This document shows positions 23,395-36,644 of a stretch of 64,000 bases of DNA, piece by piece. The notes under the pieces are model-generated. The model was not told where the DNA came from, did not search any database, and was given only the letters and a program-made list of their open reading frames with translations. Numbering within the stretch: position 1 is the first letter of the stretch; every line of letters begins with the position of its first letter. Source of the stretch: Octopus sinensis. Taxonomy: Eukaryota. The position numbers were made by a program, and so were the translations under genes. The stretch spans positions 156,984,001 to 157,048,000 of the forward strand of contig NC_043000.1 of NCBI RefSeq assembly GCF_006345805.1, in the 5' to 3' direction.

Positions 23395-23760
23395 ATACAA
23401 AAAGGGACAACAAAACATCCAGATAGACGATACAAAGAAAACAAGGACGGATCATTCGAAGTTTTCTTTCTTCAGTCAAGCACCAGATTATCCTCGCAAT
23501 TTCGGCTGGTTATACTCCATATTGCTCCAATCTGGCCAGCCCTAAGGAAAAACTAAGCTAAGAGAATTAGATTCCTTGGAAGAAAGCAGCGAATGTATAC
23601 AAAAACAAGGACGGAAAAAACGGATCATGACTGAAGAAAGAAAACTTCGAATGACCCGTCCTTGTTTTTTCGTATCGTCCATCTGGATGTGTTGTTGACC
23701 CTTTTTGTATCACCTAGCTGTCAGGATGTTTTGCGTTCTTGTCCCATTTTGTATTATATA
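23395..23760. mobile_element. PLE-type terminus with 84-bp inverted repeat
   Basis: 23395-23478 versus 23628-23710, about 90% reverse-complementary; ends in (TA)n. Confidence 0.7.
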
Positions 23761-23886
23761 TATATATATATATATAGATATTATATATAGCGGCGTACGT
23801 ACACTTTGTTCTCTTATATATATATATATATTATATTATAGCGCGCGTACGTACACTTTGTTCTCTTATATATATATATATATATC

Positions 23887-23925
<39 letters not shown>

Positions 23926-23957
23926 TTTATTTAAAGCAGCAGAAAATTCAACAAAAT

Positions 23958-23995
23958 CTGTTACTCTGAGTTTCTCGTTCCCGTTCATCAGACAG
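23958..23995 (-). ncRNA. Minimal type I hammerhead ribozyme, core intact
   Basis: CTGT-CTGATGA-ACG-GGAA-CGA-GAAA-CTC-A-GAG-TA-ACAG. The only defect is an A.A mismatch at 10.1-11.1. Stem III has a 1-nt loop (dimer type). Confidence 0.7.
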
Positions 23996-24020
23996 TTTTT
24001 GCTAGAAAAACTAGCAAAAA

Positions 24021-24058
24021 CTGTCTGATGAACGGCAACGATAAACTCAGAGTAACAG
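24021..24058 (+). ncRNA. Mirror-copy minimal hammerhead, G12 mutated
   Basis: CTGT-CTGATGA-ACG-GCAA-CGA-TAAA-CTC-A-GAG-TA-ACAG. Confidence 0.55.
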
Positions 24059-24163
24059 ATTTTGTTCAATTTTCTGCTGCTTTAAATAAAGCATATTACT
24101 CTACCACTGATATTTGAGTACTCTTTTTTCCACCTTGTTTCACATTTATGTGTTTACTACCTA

Positions 24164-24222
<59 letters not shown>

Positions 24223-24226
<4 letters not shown>

Positions 24227-25503
24227 CCTTAAATCCTTAAATATGTTTTAGCCCGAAGGCCGCGGCCATGCTTGGGGCACCACCGCTGAATGAGCTACAC
24301 TAGTTTGTGAATCCACCTCTGATACGTGGCATTTGATCAACAAAGGAGTTCGATGCTGCTGCCCGCATCCGTGTCTCCTGTCGTGAGGTAGGTTCATCTG
24401 GGACTCCCAACAAGAAGAGATCCAGTTTAGTTTTAAAGAAACCCACATCCACACCATGTAAGTCTCTCAGGCATTTAGGGAGGATGTTAAAGAGCTGTGG
24501 TCCTCTGAAACCAAGCTGTTGCAGTATCTGGACCTGTATTTTGATGGTGATGTTGGAATCCTTGGCACCACGCAGCGGCGCCCCGTTCTGCGGTTGGAGT
24601 AACTTTGAATGCCAAAGTTTGGGACAAGACCCTCCAGGATTTTCCAGATGTATATCACTGCATATCTCTCCCGCCTCCGCTCCAGGGAGAAGAGGTTTAA
24701 TACCTTCAGTCTTTCCCAGTAGCTGACATTTTGCATTGAGACGATTTTCTTTGTGTAGCTTCTCTGAGTTGCTTCGAGTTCTGCTGTTTGTTTTTTATTG
24801 TGTGGTGACCAAAGTTGGGAGCAGTAGTCCCAGCGGCTGAGGACGAATTTTTCCATAGGACCATCAGTGTCTCCTTCTCTCTTGTTCTGAAAGTTCGGAG
24901 AATCCATCCAGCTAGCCGTCTGCATTTTATCACCAGATTAGCAATATGCATTTGGAAAGATGCATCATTGCTCATGTCAATGCCCAGGTCACGCACTGAT
25001 TTTGACTCAGGGATTGCAATTCTTCCTAGGCCAGTGTATCCAGTCTTCACGTCATTTACCTTTGTGTGCCAGCAGCGCAGGGCCTGGAACTTACCTGCAT
25101 TAACTGCATGTTGTTGTCTCAGCCCCCTGTATATTGTGTCCAGCTCATGTTGCAGATGCGCAATATTTTCAGGGTTTTGTATTGCGTGGGAGACTTTTGC
25201 GTCATCTGCATAGCTAGCAAGGGTGGTCATCGTAGCAACTGAAGGCATGTCTGAAAGGGCCACTATGAACATCAGTGGCCCCAAGACAGTGCCCTTGGGA
25301 CAACACGCTTGTTATTTGCGTTCCCTTGGAGGTGGCTCCATTGCTCACAACTGCCTGTTTTTCTGTCTTTTAGAAGTTGTGCAGCCACTCTCCAAGTTTC
25401 CCGCCTATGCCGATACCACGCAGTTTGTGACAGATCATACCATGGTCGACTTTATCAAGGCTTTTGCAAAGTCGAGATATATTACAATCTCCACATTTGA
25501 GGC
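24223..25503 (-). mobile_element. CR1-like LINE, RT to 3' end
   Basis: YLDFAKAFDKVDHG, PQGTVLGPL, SYADDAK, WILRTF, SLERRRERY motifs across frameshifts; (TTTAAGGA)n tail. Confidence 0.92.
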
Positions 25504-25551
25504 CATTATATATATATATATAGCGGCGTACGTACACTTTGTTCTCTTATA

Positions 25552-25587
<36 letters not shown>

Positions 25588-26171
25588 TGTATGTATGTAT
25601 GTATGTATGTATGTATGTATGTATAGGCACAGGTGTAGCTCCGTGGTTGGGAAACAAACTTTTTACCTCACAGCCACACCTGTACCTATGTATATTATAT
25701 ATAGTGTGTGTGTGTGTTTATAGGCATATATATATATATACAAGCATTTATACATGCATATTCACACGTATACATACGCTAATGCTTATATTTTTTTATG
25801 CATGGATACATTTCACATATTTTCTCATATATAAAATATCCAGAATATTTGAAAGACAAGATGAGAAGATTAAGGCAAAATGTGAGGGATTAAGTGGAAG
25901 AATAGATTTAACAGATTAATGCAGACTTATGTAGAAGAGAGGATAAGGTTCTAGGAACACAGAAGAATGATGACATCAAGTGATGGGGAAGAAGGAAGAG
26001 AAAGAGAAAGAGATGGGGAGAGACAGTGAAGGAGTGAGAAAGAGGAAGAGACAGAGAGCGGGAGAGTGTCAGAGAGAGAGAGATATGTGTGTGTATCATG
26101 TCTATCTATCTATCTATCTACAGATCTCCTCTCCCGTTCTCTGTGTATGTATATATATATATATATATTAT

Positions 26172-26221
<50 letters not shown>

Positions 26222-26381
26222 ATATGTATACGTGCATATAAAAATATATATAGTTAATATATATATATATAGATATATATATATACATGTATATGCATGT
26301 ATGTGCATGTATGTATATATATGTAAACTTATCTATGTAGTGCATTTATGTACGCATGCATGCATATATGTATGTATCTAT

Positions 26382-26414
<33 letters not shown>

Positions 26415-27474
26415 CTCACACACACACACACATATATATTGTGTGTGTGTTTGTTGTGTGTGTGTTGTGAGTGTATGTGTGTGTGAGTGTGTGTGTATGA
26501 ATGTCTGTATGTATGCATATAAATGCATGGATACATACCTGAGACACACATGTAGAAAATACATACACACAGACAGACACAATCACACAAATAAAGTAAC
26601 TTCCCCCCTCTCACATACACATACACACACACCATCCATCCATCCAGTATGTGTAGATACATAAAGAGATATGAGGAAGGAAGGAAGGAAAGGAGGAAGG
26701 GAAGAATGGAGGGACGGTGAGATTGTATGGTTGTGAAATGAAGTAAATAAATGAAGGTGACAAATAGGCCGTCTATCTCCGGCATGCTCTTCCATTTGCA
26801 GCGAGAATCACCGGAAAAGGTATAGACAAAAGCTACACACTCTGTTTCTCCCCTTATCTCAACAGCCCCTTTTTCATTTTGTTTGTTTTGTTGTCTTTTT
26901 TTATATATTTTAACCCTGTCCTCTGTACGAAGTAATGGCGGTTTTGGTGAGAGCTGAGTCATTTTTTCCAGTGGTGGCGTGTTGACATAAGCTCGCACAA
27001 AGCATTCCGAGCCGACACACTCAGCAATGGCGGCTGTGTGCCACCGATGGTCTTCATCCCCCCCGGCTTCATCCCGCAACATCTTACCCCCCACCTCTGT
27101 CTCTCTGTCTCTTTCTGTCTGTCTGTCTTTTTCTCATCGCTTACCTACATACCTACCTACCTTCTTACCTACATATCTGTCTATCGGTCTGCCTGTCTAT
27201 CTGTCTGTCACTCTCTCTGTCTGTCTCTCTATCTCTCTGTCTCTCTCTGTCTCCTTCTCTCTCCCCCGTTTCCCTCTTTTCCCTACTCTTTCTCCACCGG
27301 CCGGTTTCCACCTTTAACTTTTGCACTCGCCTTTCTTTCTTTCTTTCTTTCTTTCTGTATTTTTATTCTTCTTATTCTTTCGTCTCTCCTCACCCCTCTC
27401 CCCATCTCCACCGACCATCGCACTTCGGTTATTCCATGGGCTATATGGACACACACTTCATGTAACTCGGTAAA

Positions 27475-27531
<57 letters not shown>

Positions 27532-27705
27532 GAAAACTATTACATATGGTAATTGGTACAGATACGCACATAAGTATATAGATTGATGTTGTATATAAAC
27601 ATTTATCTCCACGAACAACCCAGCACATGCGTACAAATACAAACATCCATCCATCCATCCATCCATACATACATACATATATACATACATGCATGCATAC
27701 ATACA

Positions 27706-27739
<34 letters not shown>

Positions 27740-27933
27740 ATACATATATGCATGCATACATACATGTACACATCCATACATACACCCATGCTTACATATA
27801 AACACAAGAAGAAATAATCAGACAGGTACACATACATGCACTTACGCTCATAACACTTTACATACAGACCCACATCTTACCTGCACTAATATACCCCCGC
27901 ACAAACACACTCACTCACTCACATATGCACACA

Positions 27934-27970
<37 letters not shown>

Positions 27971-28048
27971 GTCTGTCTATCTATCTATCTATCTATCTAT
28001 ATATCTATCTATCTATCTATGTATGTATGTATGTATGTACATAGTCTC

Positions 28049-28431
28049 TTATTCTTTTACTTGTTTCAGTCATTTGACTGCGGCCAAGCCGGAGCACCGC
28101 CTTTAGTCGAGCAAATCGACCCTAAAACTTATTCATTGTAAACCTTGTACATATTCTATTGGTTTCTTTTGCAGAACCGCTAAGTTATGGGGACGTAAAC
28201 ACACCGACATCTGTTATCAAGCGATGGTGAGGAGGGGGAGACAAACACACACACACACACACACAAACATATACATATATAAATATATACGACAGGCTAA
28301 TCCACTCACAAGGCTTTGGTCGGCCCGAGGCTATAGTAGAAGACACTTGCGCAAGGTGTCACGCAGTGGGACTGAACCCGGAACCACGTGGTTGGAAAGC
28401 AAACTTCTTACCACACAGTCACGCCTGCGCC
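28049..28431 (-). mobile_element. SINE-A full length
   Basis: Reverse-complement match. Confidence 0.9.
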
Positions 28432-28435
28432 TATG

Positions 28436-28529
<94 letters not shown>

Positions 28530-28605
28530 TTGTGTGTGTGTGTGTGTGTGTGGCGTGTGTGCGTGTGTGCGTGTTGTGTGTATATATTTATATATATATA
28601 ATATA

Positions 28606-28654
<49 letters not shown>

Positions 28655-28919
28655 GTGAAATAGATATCAGAGATGCCTTGCCCCAGCAGACACTGCAGGA
28701 GCTACTCGGAGGCTTTTGCCTGCTCTTCTAAATCCATTGCCTTACACACAAAGAGGTCACTCACATATCACACTTTATTGGCACTGACATACACACACAC
28801 ACACCACACACCACACACACACACAGAAACTAAAACATGACCATTAATACCCATGAAACAATTATGTAGATGAACCTGCTTTGAAATACGTAATAGGTAC
28901 ACGTACAGAGACACACGCA

Positions 28920-29189
28920 GAAGTGTGTGTGTGTGTTTTCTGTGTGTGTGTGTGTGTTTTCTGTGTGTGTGTGTTGTGTGTGTGTGTGTGTGGTGTTTCT
29001 GTGTGTATGTGTGTGTGTGTGTGTTTTTTTTTCTGTGTGTGTGTGTGTGTTTTCTGTGTGTGTGTGTGTTTTCTGTGTGTATGTGTGTGTGTGTGTGTTT
29101 TTTTTTTCTGTGTGTGTGTGTGTGTGTGTTTTCTGTGTGTGTGTGTGTGTGTTTTCTGTGTGTGTGTGTGTGTGTGTGGTGTGTTTTTC

Positions 29190-29220
<31 letters not shown>

Positions 29221-29324
29221 TGTGTGTGTGTGTGTGTGTGTTTTCTGTGTGTGTGTGTGTGTGTGTTTTTTTTCTGTGTGTGTGTGTGTGTGTGTGTTTT
29301 CTGTGTGTGTGTGTGTGTGTGTGT

Positions 29325-29392
<68 letters not shown>

Positions 29393-29402
29393 TGTGTGTG
29401 TG
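28920..29402. repeat. (TG)n punctuated by TTTTC, minisatellite-like
   Basis: Directly visible. Confidence 0.9.
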
Positions 29403-29559
29403 TATGGAGCTTGGTCGTCTCTCCAGCTGCTCTTATTATATTCATGAGTTCTTCGGAATGTCTTGAATAGATTCCTAGAAGTAATATTTTTTTCCTTTTA
29501 TTCGAGGGGGGGGATGTTATGTCATCGTTGCAATCGTTACAATCGTCATCACCATCGTC

Positions 29560-30145
29560 GTCATCGTTTTCGTCGTCATCATCATTATCATCATCACATC
29601 ATCATCATCATCATCATCATCATCATTGCCGGCATCGCTACCTCCATTGTCACCTTTCCACCACCACCACCACCACCACCACCACCATCCTCAACACCAA
29701 GGCCTTCCTAATCCACCGTCGTCAGTTATACGACTACTACTGCTACCACTTCCACCACCACCACCACCACACCAACACCCCTACCAGCACCTCTACCATC
29801 ATCACCACCGCTGCCGAAGCCTCCGCCGCCACCACTACCACCACCACACCACCACCACCACCATCGCTATCATCATCGCCATCGTCGACGTCGTCGTTGT
29901 CGTAATCATCATCATCATCGTCATCGTCATCATCATCATCATCGTCATCGTCATCGTCATCATCATCATCATCGTCATCGTCATCATCATCATCCTCATT
30001 ATCGTCATCGTCATCGTCATCGTCATCATCATCATCATCATCATCATCGTCATCATCATCATCATCATCATCGTCATCGTCATCATCATCATCATCATCG
30101 TCATCGTCATCATCATCATCGTCATCGTCATCGTCATCGACATCG

Positions 30146-30204
<59 letters not shown>

Positions 30205-30250
30205 GTCATCGTCATCATCATCATCGTCATCGTCATCGTCATCGACATCG

Positions 30251-30318
<68 letters not shown>

Positions 30319-30364
30319 GTCATCGTCATCATCATCATCGTCATCGTCATCGTCATCGACATCG

Positions 30365-30396
<32 letters not shown>

Positions 30397-30457
30397 ATCA
30401 TCATCATCATCGTCATCGTCATCATCATCATCGTCATCGTCATCGTCATCGACATCG

Positions 30458-30525
<68 letters not shown>

Positions 30526-30571
30526 GTCATCGTCATCATCATCATCGTCATCGTCATCGTCATCGACATCG

Positions 30572-30603
<32 letters not shown>

Positions 30604-30664
30604 ATCATCATCATCATCATCATCGTCATCATCATCATCGTCATCGTCATCGTCATCGACATCG

Positions 30665-30696
<32 letters not shown>

Positions 30697-30765
30697 ATCA
30701 TCATCATCATCGTCATCGTCATCGTCGTCATCGTCGTCATCATCATCATCATCATCATCATCATT
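29560..30765. repeat. Compound (CAC)/(ATC)/(GTC)n with higher-order 93-114 bp periodicity
   Basis: GAC markers at 30139, 30244, 30358, 30451, 30565 and 30658. Confidence 0.9.
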
Positions 30766-33700
30766 ACCAACATCATCTATACGAAAATGCATGTTACCGC
30801 AAATACTCAACGTGGTACTTCTGTCAGAGTACTTAATGTCTTACACATCGACACATGCAATCTAGTAAAAAAAACAAAACAAAAAAAAATAATACTTATT
30901 GCCCGCTCTTGAGGCAAATATTGAAATCATTGTTGATGTTGATGCTGCTACTGCTGCTGCTGTTACCGCTACTGCTGCCTTTGTTGTTGTTGTTGTTGTT
31001 GTCATTATTATTGCTGTTGTTGTTGTTCTTCTTACCGCTATGGCTCATACTCAATGATTGATTTCCAAGACAGTCGTCTACAAATTAGCAGCGTGGAGCC
31101 CGTTCTTGAGCTCGAGTCACCAAGTCACCGTCGTCTTCATTGTGTGTGCGCCAAGCACAGAAGAAAGACAACAAAAATCCCCCCAAAAAACCCCCACAAA
31201 AAACAACAAAACAAAAGACATGATTACAGACAACATGGAAATATTCCTATTTATTTATTCATTTATTTATACATCTTATTTATTTAATTATTGCTTTTCT
31301 ATATTTATTTTCTTCTTTACTTTCGCCGTGTTCTTTCATTGTTGTAATTAAATATATCAAAGCAAATGAAAATTGGAAGTTTTGTCATTCCTGGCTTGGA
31401 TCACGACAACTGTCAATATGGCCTCTGCCTTTCTGTTTCGCCTTCTTCGTCTGTCACCCTAACCCTACTCTTCATACCTTTATCTCCTGTCTCCTGTCTC
31501 GCTTCCTCTCCTTTCTCTCTTTTACTCTCCCTTTCACTCTATGACTCCCCCTTCTTGGTACGTTACCTGTGTTTCTTTGTAAGCATACAAGTACGCATGT
31601 ATGTATATATATGTATATGTGTACATATGTATGTATGTGTGTATGTATATATACACATATATATAAATGTACGTATGTATATATGTATGTGTATGAATAT
31701 GTACGTATGTATATATATATATATATATATATACATATGTATACATATACATACTTATACGCATATATATAGACGTATGTGTGTATATATAAAAATGCAT
31801 AGATACAGACACACACACACACACACCTACATGCATATGGCACATGCACCGCGCACATATGCACAGAAAGGGAGAGAGAGAGAGTGAAAGATAGAGAAAG
31901 CGAGAGAGAGAGAAATTCGGTCATGTAAATTTATGTATAGACGTGTGTATCCGTGTGTGTGTGCGCGCACACACACACACACATGTACATACATATGTAA
32001 CTTGTGTGTGTGTGTGTGCATGTGTGTGTGAAGGTATACCAGTCTGCAGAACTCTAAAAATGTTCATTTTCATCCATTTTTCTCTCACCCTCTCCTCATT
32101 CTTTGTCCCTTCATCCCTTACTCTTTCGTTTCCCCTTATATGTTTCAATATTTCTCTATATCGTTCCTTTGTTTTCCGTTTCCATTATACCTTAATTTCT
32201 ACCTGTCTGTCTGTTCGTCTCTCTTTCTCCCTCCCTCCCTCCTTCCCTCTCCCTCTATCCCGTCTAGTTTATATTTCCTTCTCCTCTATAATTCCACCCT
32301 CTTTAATATCTCATTGCGTTTCTCCTCCTATTATCTCCTCAATTGCTATTTCCTCATAAATCCCTTCTCTTCCTTTTTCTGCACCCTTTCTATATCTGTT
32401 TCAGTCCCTTTTCTGACCCTACCCGTTTTGCATTGTCAGCCCTCACACTTTTTTTTAAAATTCTTTTTCTTTCACAAGATTAATTTTGCTTTTCTCTGCG
32501 TCGCCTCTCTATTTCACTATCTTTCTTAGATCTCCCTCTGTGTATGTGTATGTTTGTGTGTGTGTGTGTGCGTGTGTGTATGTGTGCATACACACACATT
32601 TACACATGCATATACAAACACATACGCATATATATATGTGTGTGCGTGTGAGAGTATATATATATATATATTTGCATATGTGTGTCTGTATACTCATACA
32701 TATATGTATACACACACACATATACATACATATATATACTCATGCATTTATGATACACGCACTCGCTCATATATGAGTGGCAGAGAGAGAGAGGGGGGAG
32801 AGAGGGAGAGAGAGAGGGAGAGACAGTGATAAATATTTGTCTTTCTCTAGCTCTCTATATCTCTATCTTCAATTCATAGACCTTGCTGTGCGTGTTTGCA
32901 TATGTATGTGTGTATGTGCGTGTGTGTGTGTGCATAAATATGTATGTATCTATGTAGTTATATATCGTTGTGTGTCTGAGCGTGTGCATACGTACGTCTG
33001 TATGTGTTATAGATAGATAAACAGATAGTCTTTAATTCTCTTTTATGTCTCTCTTTCTCATTCACTATTCTCCTTCAATAACCTTCTTCCCACTCTCATT
33101 CTCAATACTCAAAATCCATTCCACCCAACCCTTCATTCACCCATTCATTCCGGTAGAAATTTTACTCCTATCTTTTCCGCTACTCCTTAATATTTCCTCC
33201 CCCTTAGCTCCTTCCCCGTTCATAAACTTTTCATTCTCGAATTGATCAATCTATGTTTATCCCCTTTCCTTTCAGCTAATCTTCTTGCTAATCTTTCTCT
33301 TTATTATCCTCAAATATTTGAAAGTCTATTAATTTATCACTTTATTTATTGATTTAATTATGGTTTCCTTGTTCCAACTACTTTCCTCCCGAAATATCAG
33401 TTATATATATTGCGTTTCTGTATGAATAGATGTGTTTTGCATTGTTTCTCTCTTTCTACATCTGTCAACATTTGTCAGAATGTCTGGCAATCGATAAAGT
33501 TCCCTTTCACTCTCTTATCTCTCACTCTTCCCGCCATCTCACCCTCTATTTTATCTCTCCGTACCATCTATAAGCATATTCTAGTACGCCCGACCCGCAC
33601 TCCACCACACATTCATATACAGTTGATATAGAAAGTGTTATTTTAACAATATCTTTATATCTATTTGTAAAATTGGAAAAGCACCGAGGAATCATCTATG

Positions 33701-34818
33701 CGGTCTCGCAAGTTGCTAGAAGTAGCAGTTAAACCTCATTGTAATCATAGTTGAAGTCGTGAAGTTTGCAACTTACACATTTGCAATCAAATTTATAAAT
33801 CCCATTGATCATTAGAAGCTTGTACTAGGGTTTACATACTTAGGTTTTGTATTTGTTATTGACACGAAGGTTTTAATCTCAGAGTTTTTGTACTATATTT
33901 CTAGTGTTAGGTGATGATTTAGTGAAATGCATTTTGTATTCTGTTTTATGAAGAATTTTGCTAATGAGTTCATCTTACTCTATAGCTGTTATGCGGTTAT
34001 ACATTTTATGCTGTCTGTAATAAGTGTAGCCCCTGTTCTATTCATTGCATTATATTTGTGCTTATATTATTCTATGATTTGGTCTATTTGTTTATTACAA
34101 AACCTGTAATGGATGAGTTTTTTTTCAGTGGAATTTTTTTTATCTTGCGCTTCGTTTGCAGAGGAGAACCTAAATGTTATCTTAAGTAGGAATCTCGCCA
34201 CTGGCATTTTACATTTGTGTGGACAATGACCGTCTCCACGTGACTATTATTCATTTATTTGTGCTTTTGATAAAAACGAATGTGACATAATATCTGATAT
34301 CGTCTATCTGCATGTTTTCGCATAGAAATGGAGTCATTCTATTATTAAGGGTTTTATTTGTTGTTCTAAATGTTGAATTTTAGTAAGGGGACATTTTATA
34401 ATAGGGGCACAGATAGTGTACCTAAAGCCAGCAACTACCTCGAAACTGCGGTCCGTGCGTATCACTTAGGCTTACGAGAGAGGGATGACTTCCCTTTGCA
34501 AATACCATAAGGGCACAGATAGTGTGCCTAAAGCCAGCTGGAGACGATGATCTCCTGGGGCTAAAAGCTACAGTAGCACCCACCCTTTGTGGTTAGCCAT
34601 ATTGAGATGGTTGTTATACTTTACGTCGACATTTTATAGTTCTTCTACTAATTTCTCAGCATTTTCCGATGTATCCATTACGACTATAATATCGGCCACG
34701 TAATGTATATAGAATAGTTATGTGTTGCTGTTACTTTTCCACAGCGAACAAGCAGAATGCTGTGAACGCAGGACCTCAGGAAGAACCCATGAATATTCCA
34801 TCTATTACCTTATATAAT

Positions 34819-35215
34819 ACTAGCAGTATCGCCCGGCGTTGCTCGGGTTTGTAAGGGAAATAACTATATGAACATTTTTAGAGATGTAAAGTATAGTAGC
34901 CATCTCAATATGGCTAACCAAAAAGGGGGGGTGTTACTGTAGCTTTTTACGTTCTGAGATTTAATAATACATTTTCAGAGAGTTACTTCCCTTATATATG
35001 CCAAAGATGCATTAAAAATGGGAAAAATTTATGGTAATTTTTTTTTTAATCGTAGACTCATTGTAGACGCGCGCTAATACCCAGAAAGGCTCGATATGAA
35101 TCACGACTATAAGATACCCGGTTTTGGTTAAACTGCACCGCAAAATGTGGGAGTAGTTAGGAATCTAAATCGTAGGAGACAGACAGCACACAACCTCACT
35201 TTTATATATAAAGAT
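34819..35215 (+). mobile_element. Helentron-associated (DINE-1/HINE-like) non-autonomous element
   Basis: Starts ACTAGCAGTATCGCCCGGCGTTGCTCGGG (short hairpin) and ends CTTTTATATATAAAGAT, the typical HINE termini as I recall them. Confidence 0.55.
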
Positions 35216-35835
35216 ATCCTGTGGACGACGCAAGAATACCACTGCTTTCTTAACAATTTCCTCTGTATATGTTTGGTTTTAAATTTGTTTTTTACATTAT
35301 TTAATATGATTTCAATTGTTTTGGCTACTGGAACGTTTGTTAACATTTCTAATGTCGAGATGTTGCATACTTTATTAATTTCTTCTGAGATCTCTAAGAA
35401 CTCTTCTTAAGAACGTATACTATATGCCTCTGGTATCTGATAATGTTATTTAATTATTTAGCGATCTTGTGTATCAGTGTATTGATTGTGAAATGATGAT
35501 TCGGAGCACGTTCTTTTCTTTATGTACTTTTACTGTACCGGAGATAAGCTGGAGTGAATTCCCCTTTCATGTGGCGAAACAGGGAGCTCGTATCTCTATG
35601 TCTATCATCGTAATTAGCTTATTCAGTTTAACTGTTAATTAGAAAGATCTTTTCAAGTCCTTATAAATTATTTTTGTCGCAGAGCAAATTATTACATATT
35701 GATCTTTAATTACGACTGCAAATATAATTACTTTTATCACTTTTCACATGTTATTTTTTAAAACCATGACGTGTTTGCTTGATTTTCGTCTCACATATTT
35801 GTTTGTCGTTGCAAAGATATTTATAATTATCACAT

Positions 35836-36221
35836 GGAGGCGCAATGGCCCAGTGGTTAGGGCAGCGGACTCGCGGTCATAGGATCGCGGTTTCGATTCC
35901 CAGACCGGGCGTTGTGAGTGTTTATTGAGCGAAAACACCTAAAAGCTCCACGAGGCTCCGGCAGGGGATGGTGGTGATTCCTGCTGTACTCTTTCACCAC
36001 AACTTTCTCTCACTCTTACTTCCTGTTTCTGTTGTACCTGTATTTCAAAGGGCCGGCCTTGTCACTCTCTGTGTCACGCTGAATATCCCCGAGAACTGCG
36101 TTAAGGGTACACGTGTCTGTGGTGTGCTCAGCCACTTACACGCTAATTTCACGAGCAGGCTGTTCCGTTGATCGGATCAACCGGAACCCTCGTCGTCGTA
36201 ACCGACGGAGTGCTTCCATCC
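35836..36221 (+). mobile_element. OR-like SINE, tail type 2, full length
   Basis: tRNA-like head; perfect TSD TATAATTATCACAT at 35822-35835 and 36222-36235. Confidence 0.95.
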
Positions 36222-36644
36222 TATAATTATCACATTCACCTAGGAGTTAGTCTTAGAGTTTATCGTCTACTGTTGTGTGGCATGGTGCAATTCCAATGAT
36301 CTAGACACGAAACAAAACTGGTTTGGAAAACATTAGCAAAAGCATACCATTCTCTGGGCTCAAGATAAAATAAAACAAAAATCTGTCGGCTGACGTATAA
36401 ATTTAACGGCTAAAATTCCAAATTTCGGTGGATGCGGCCACATTTATCCTTCTGACTTTGCAGCAACACGCACGGGGAGGTTATGAAGGTTTAGGCACTT
36501 TGATAATGGGTTTTGGCGATTAAGTTACTGGTACATACCAAATGACGGGCACCCAAACGAAAATATGATAGACAAAATCTTGATAAAAGGTGGAACTAAA
36601 ATATGTGTTTCCAATACGTTTCATATATATATATATATATATAT

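Larger units (their letters stand above)
23925..24170 (+). mobile_element. Inverted pLTR hairpin (81-bp arms, 5-nt loop) plus unique 3' extension
   Basis: 23925-24005 versus 24011-24091; same family as 60890-61080. Confidence 0.85.
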
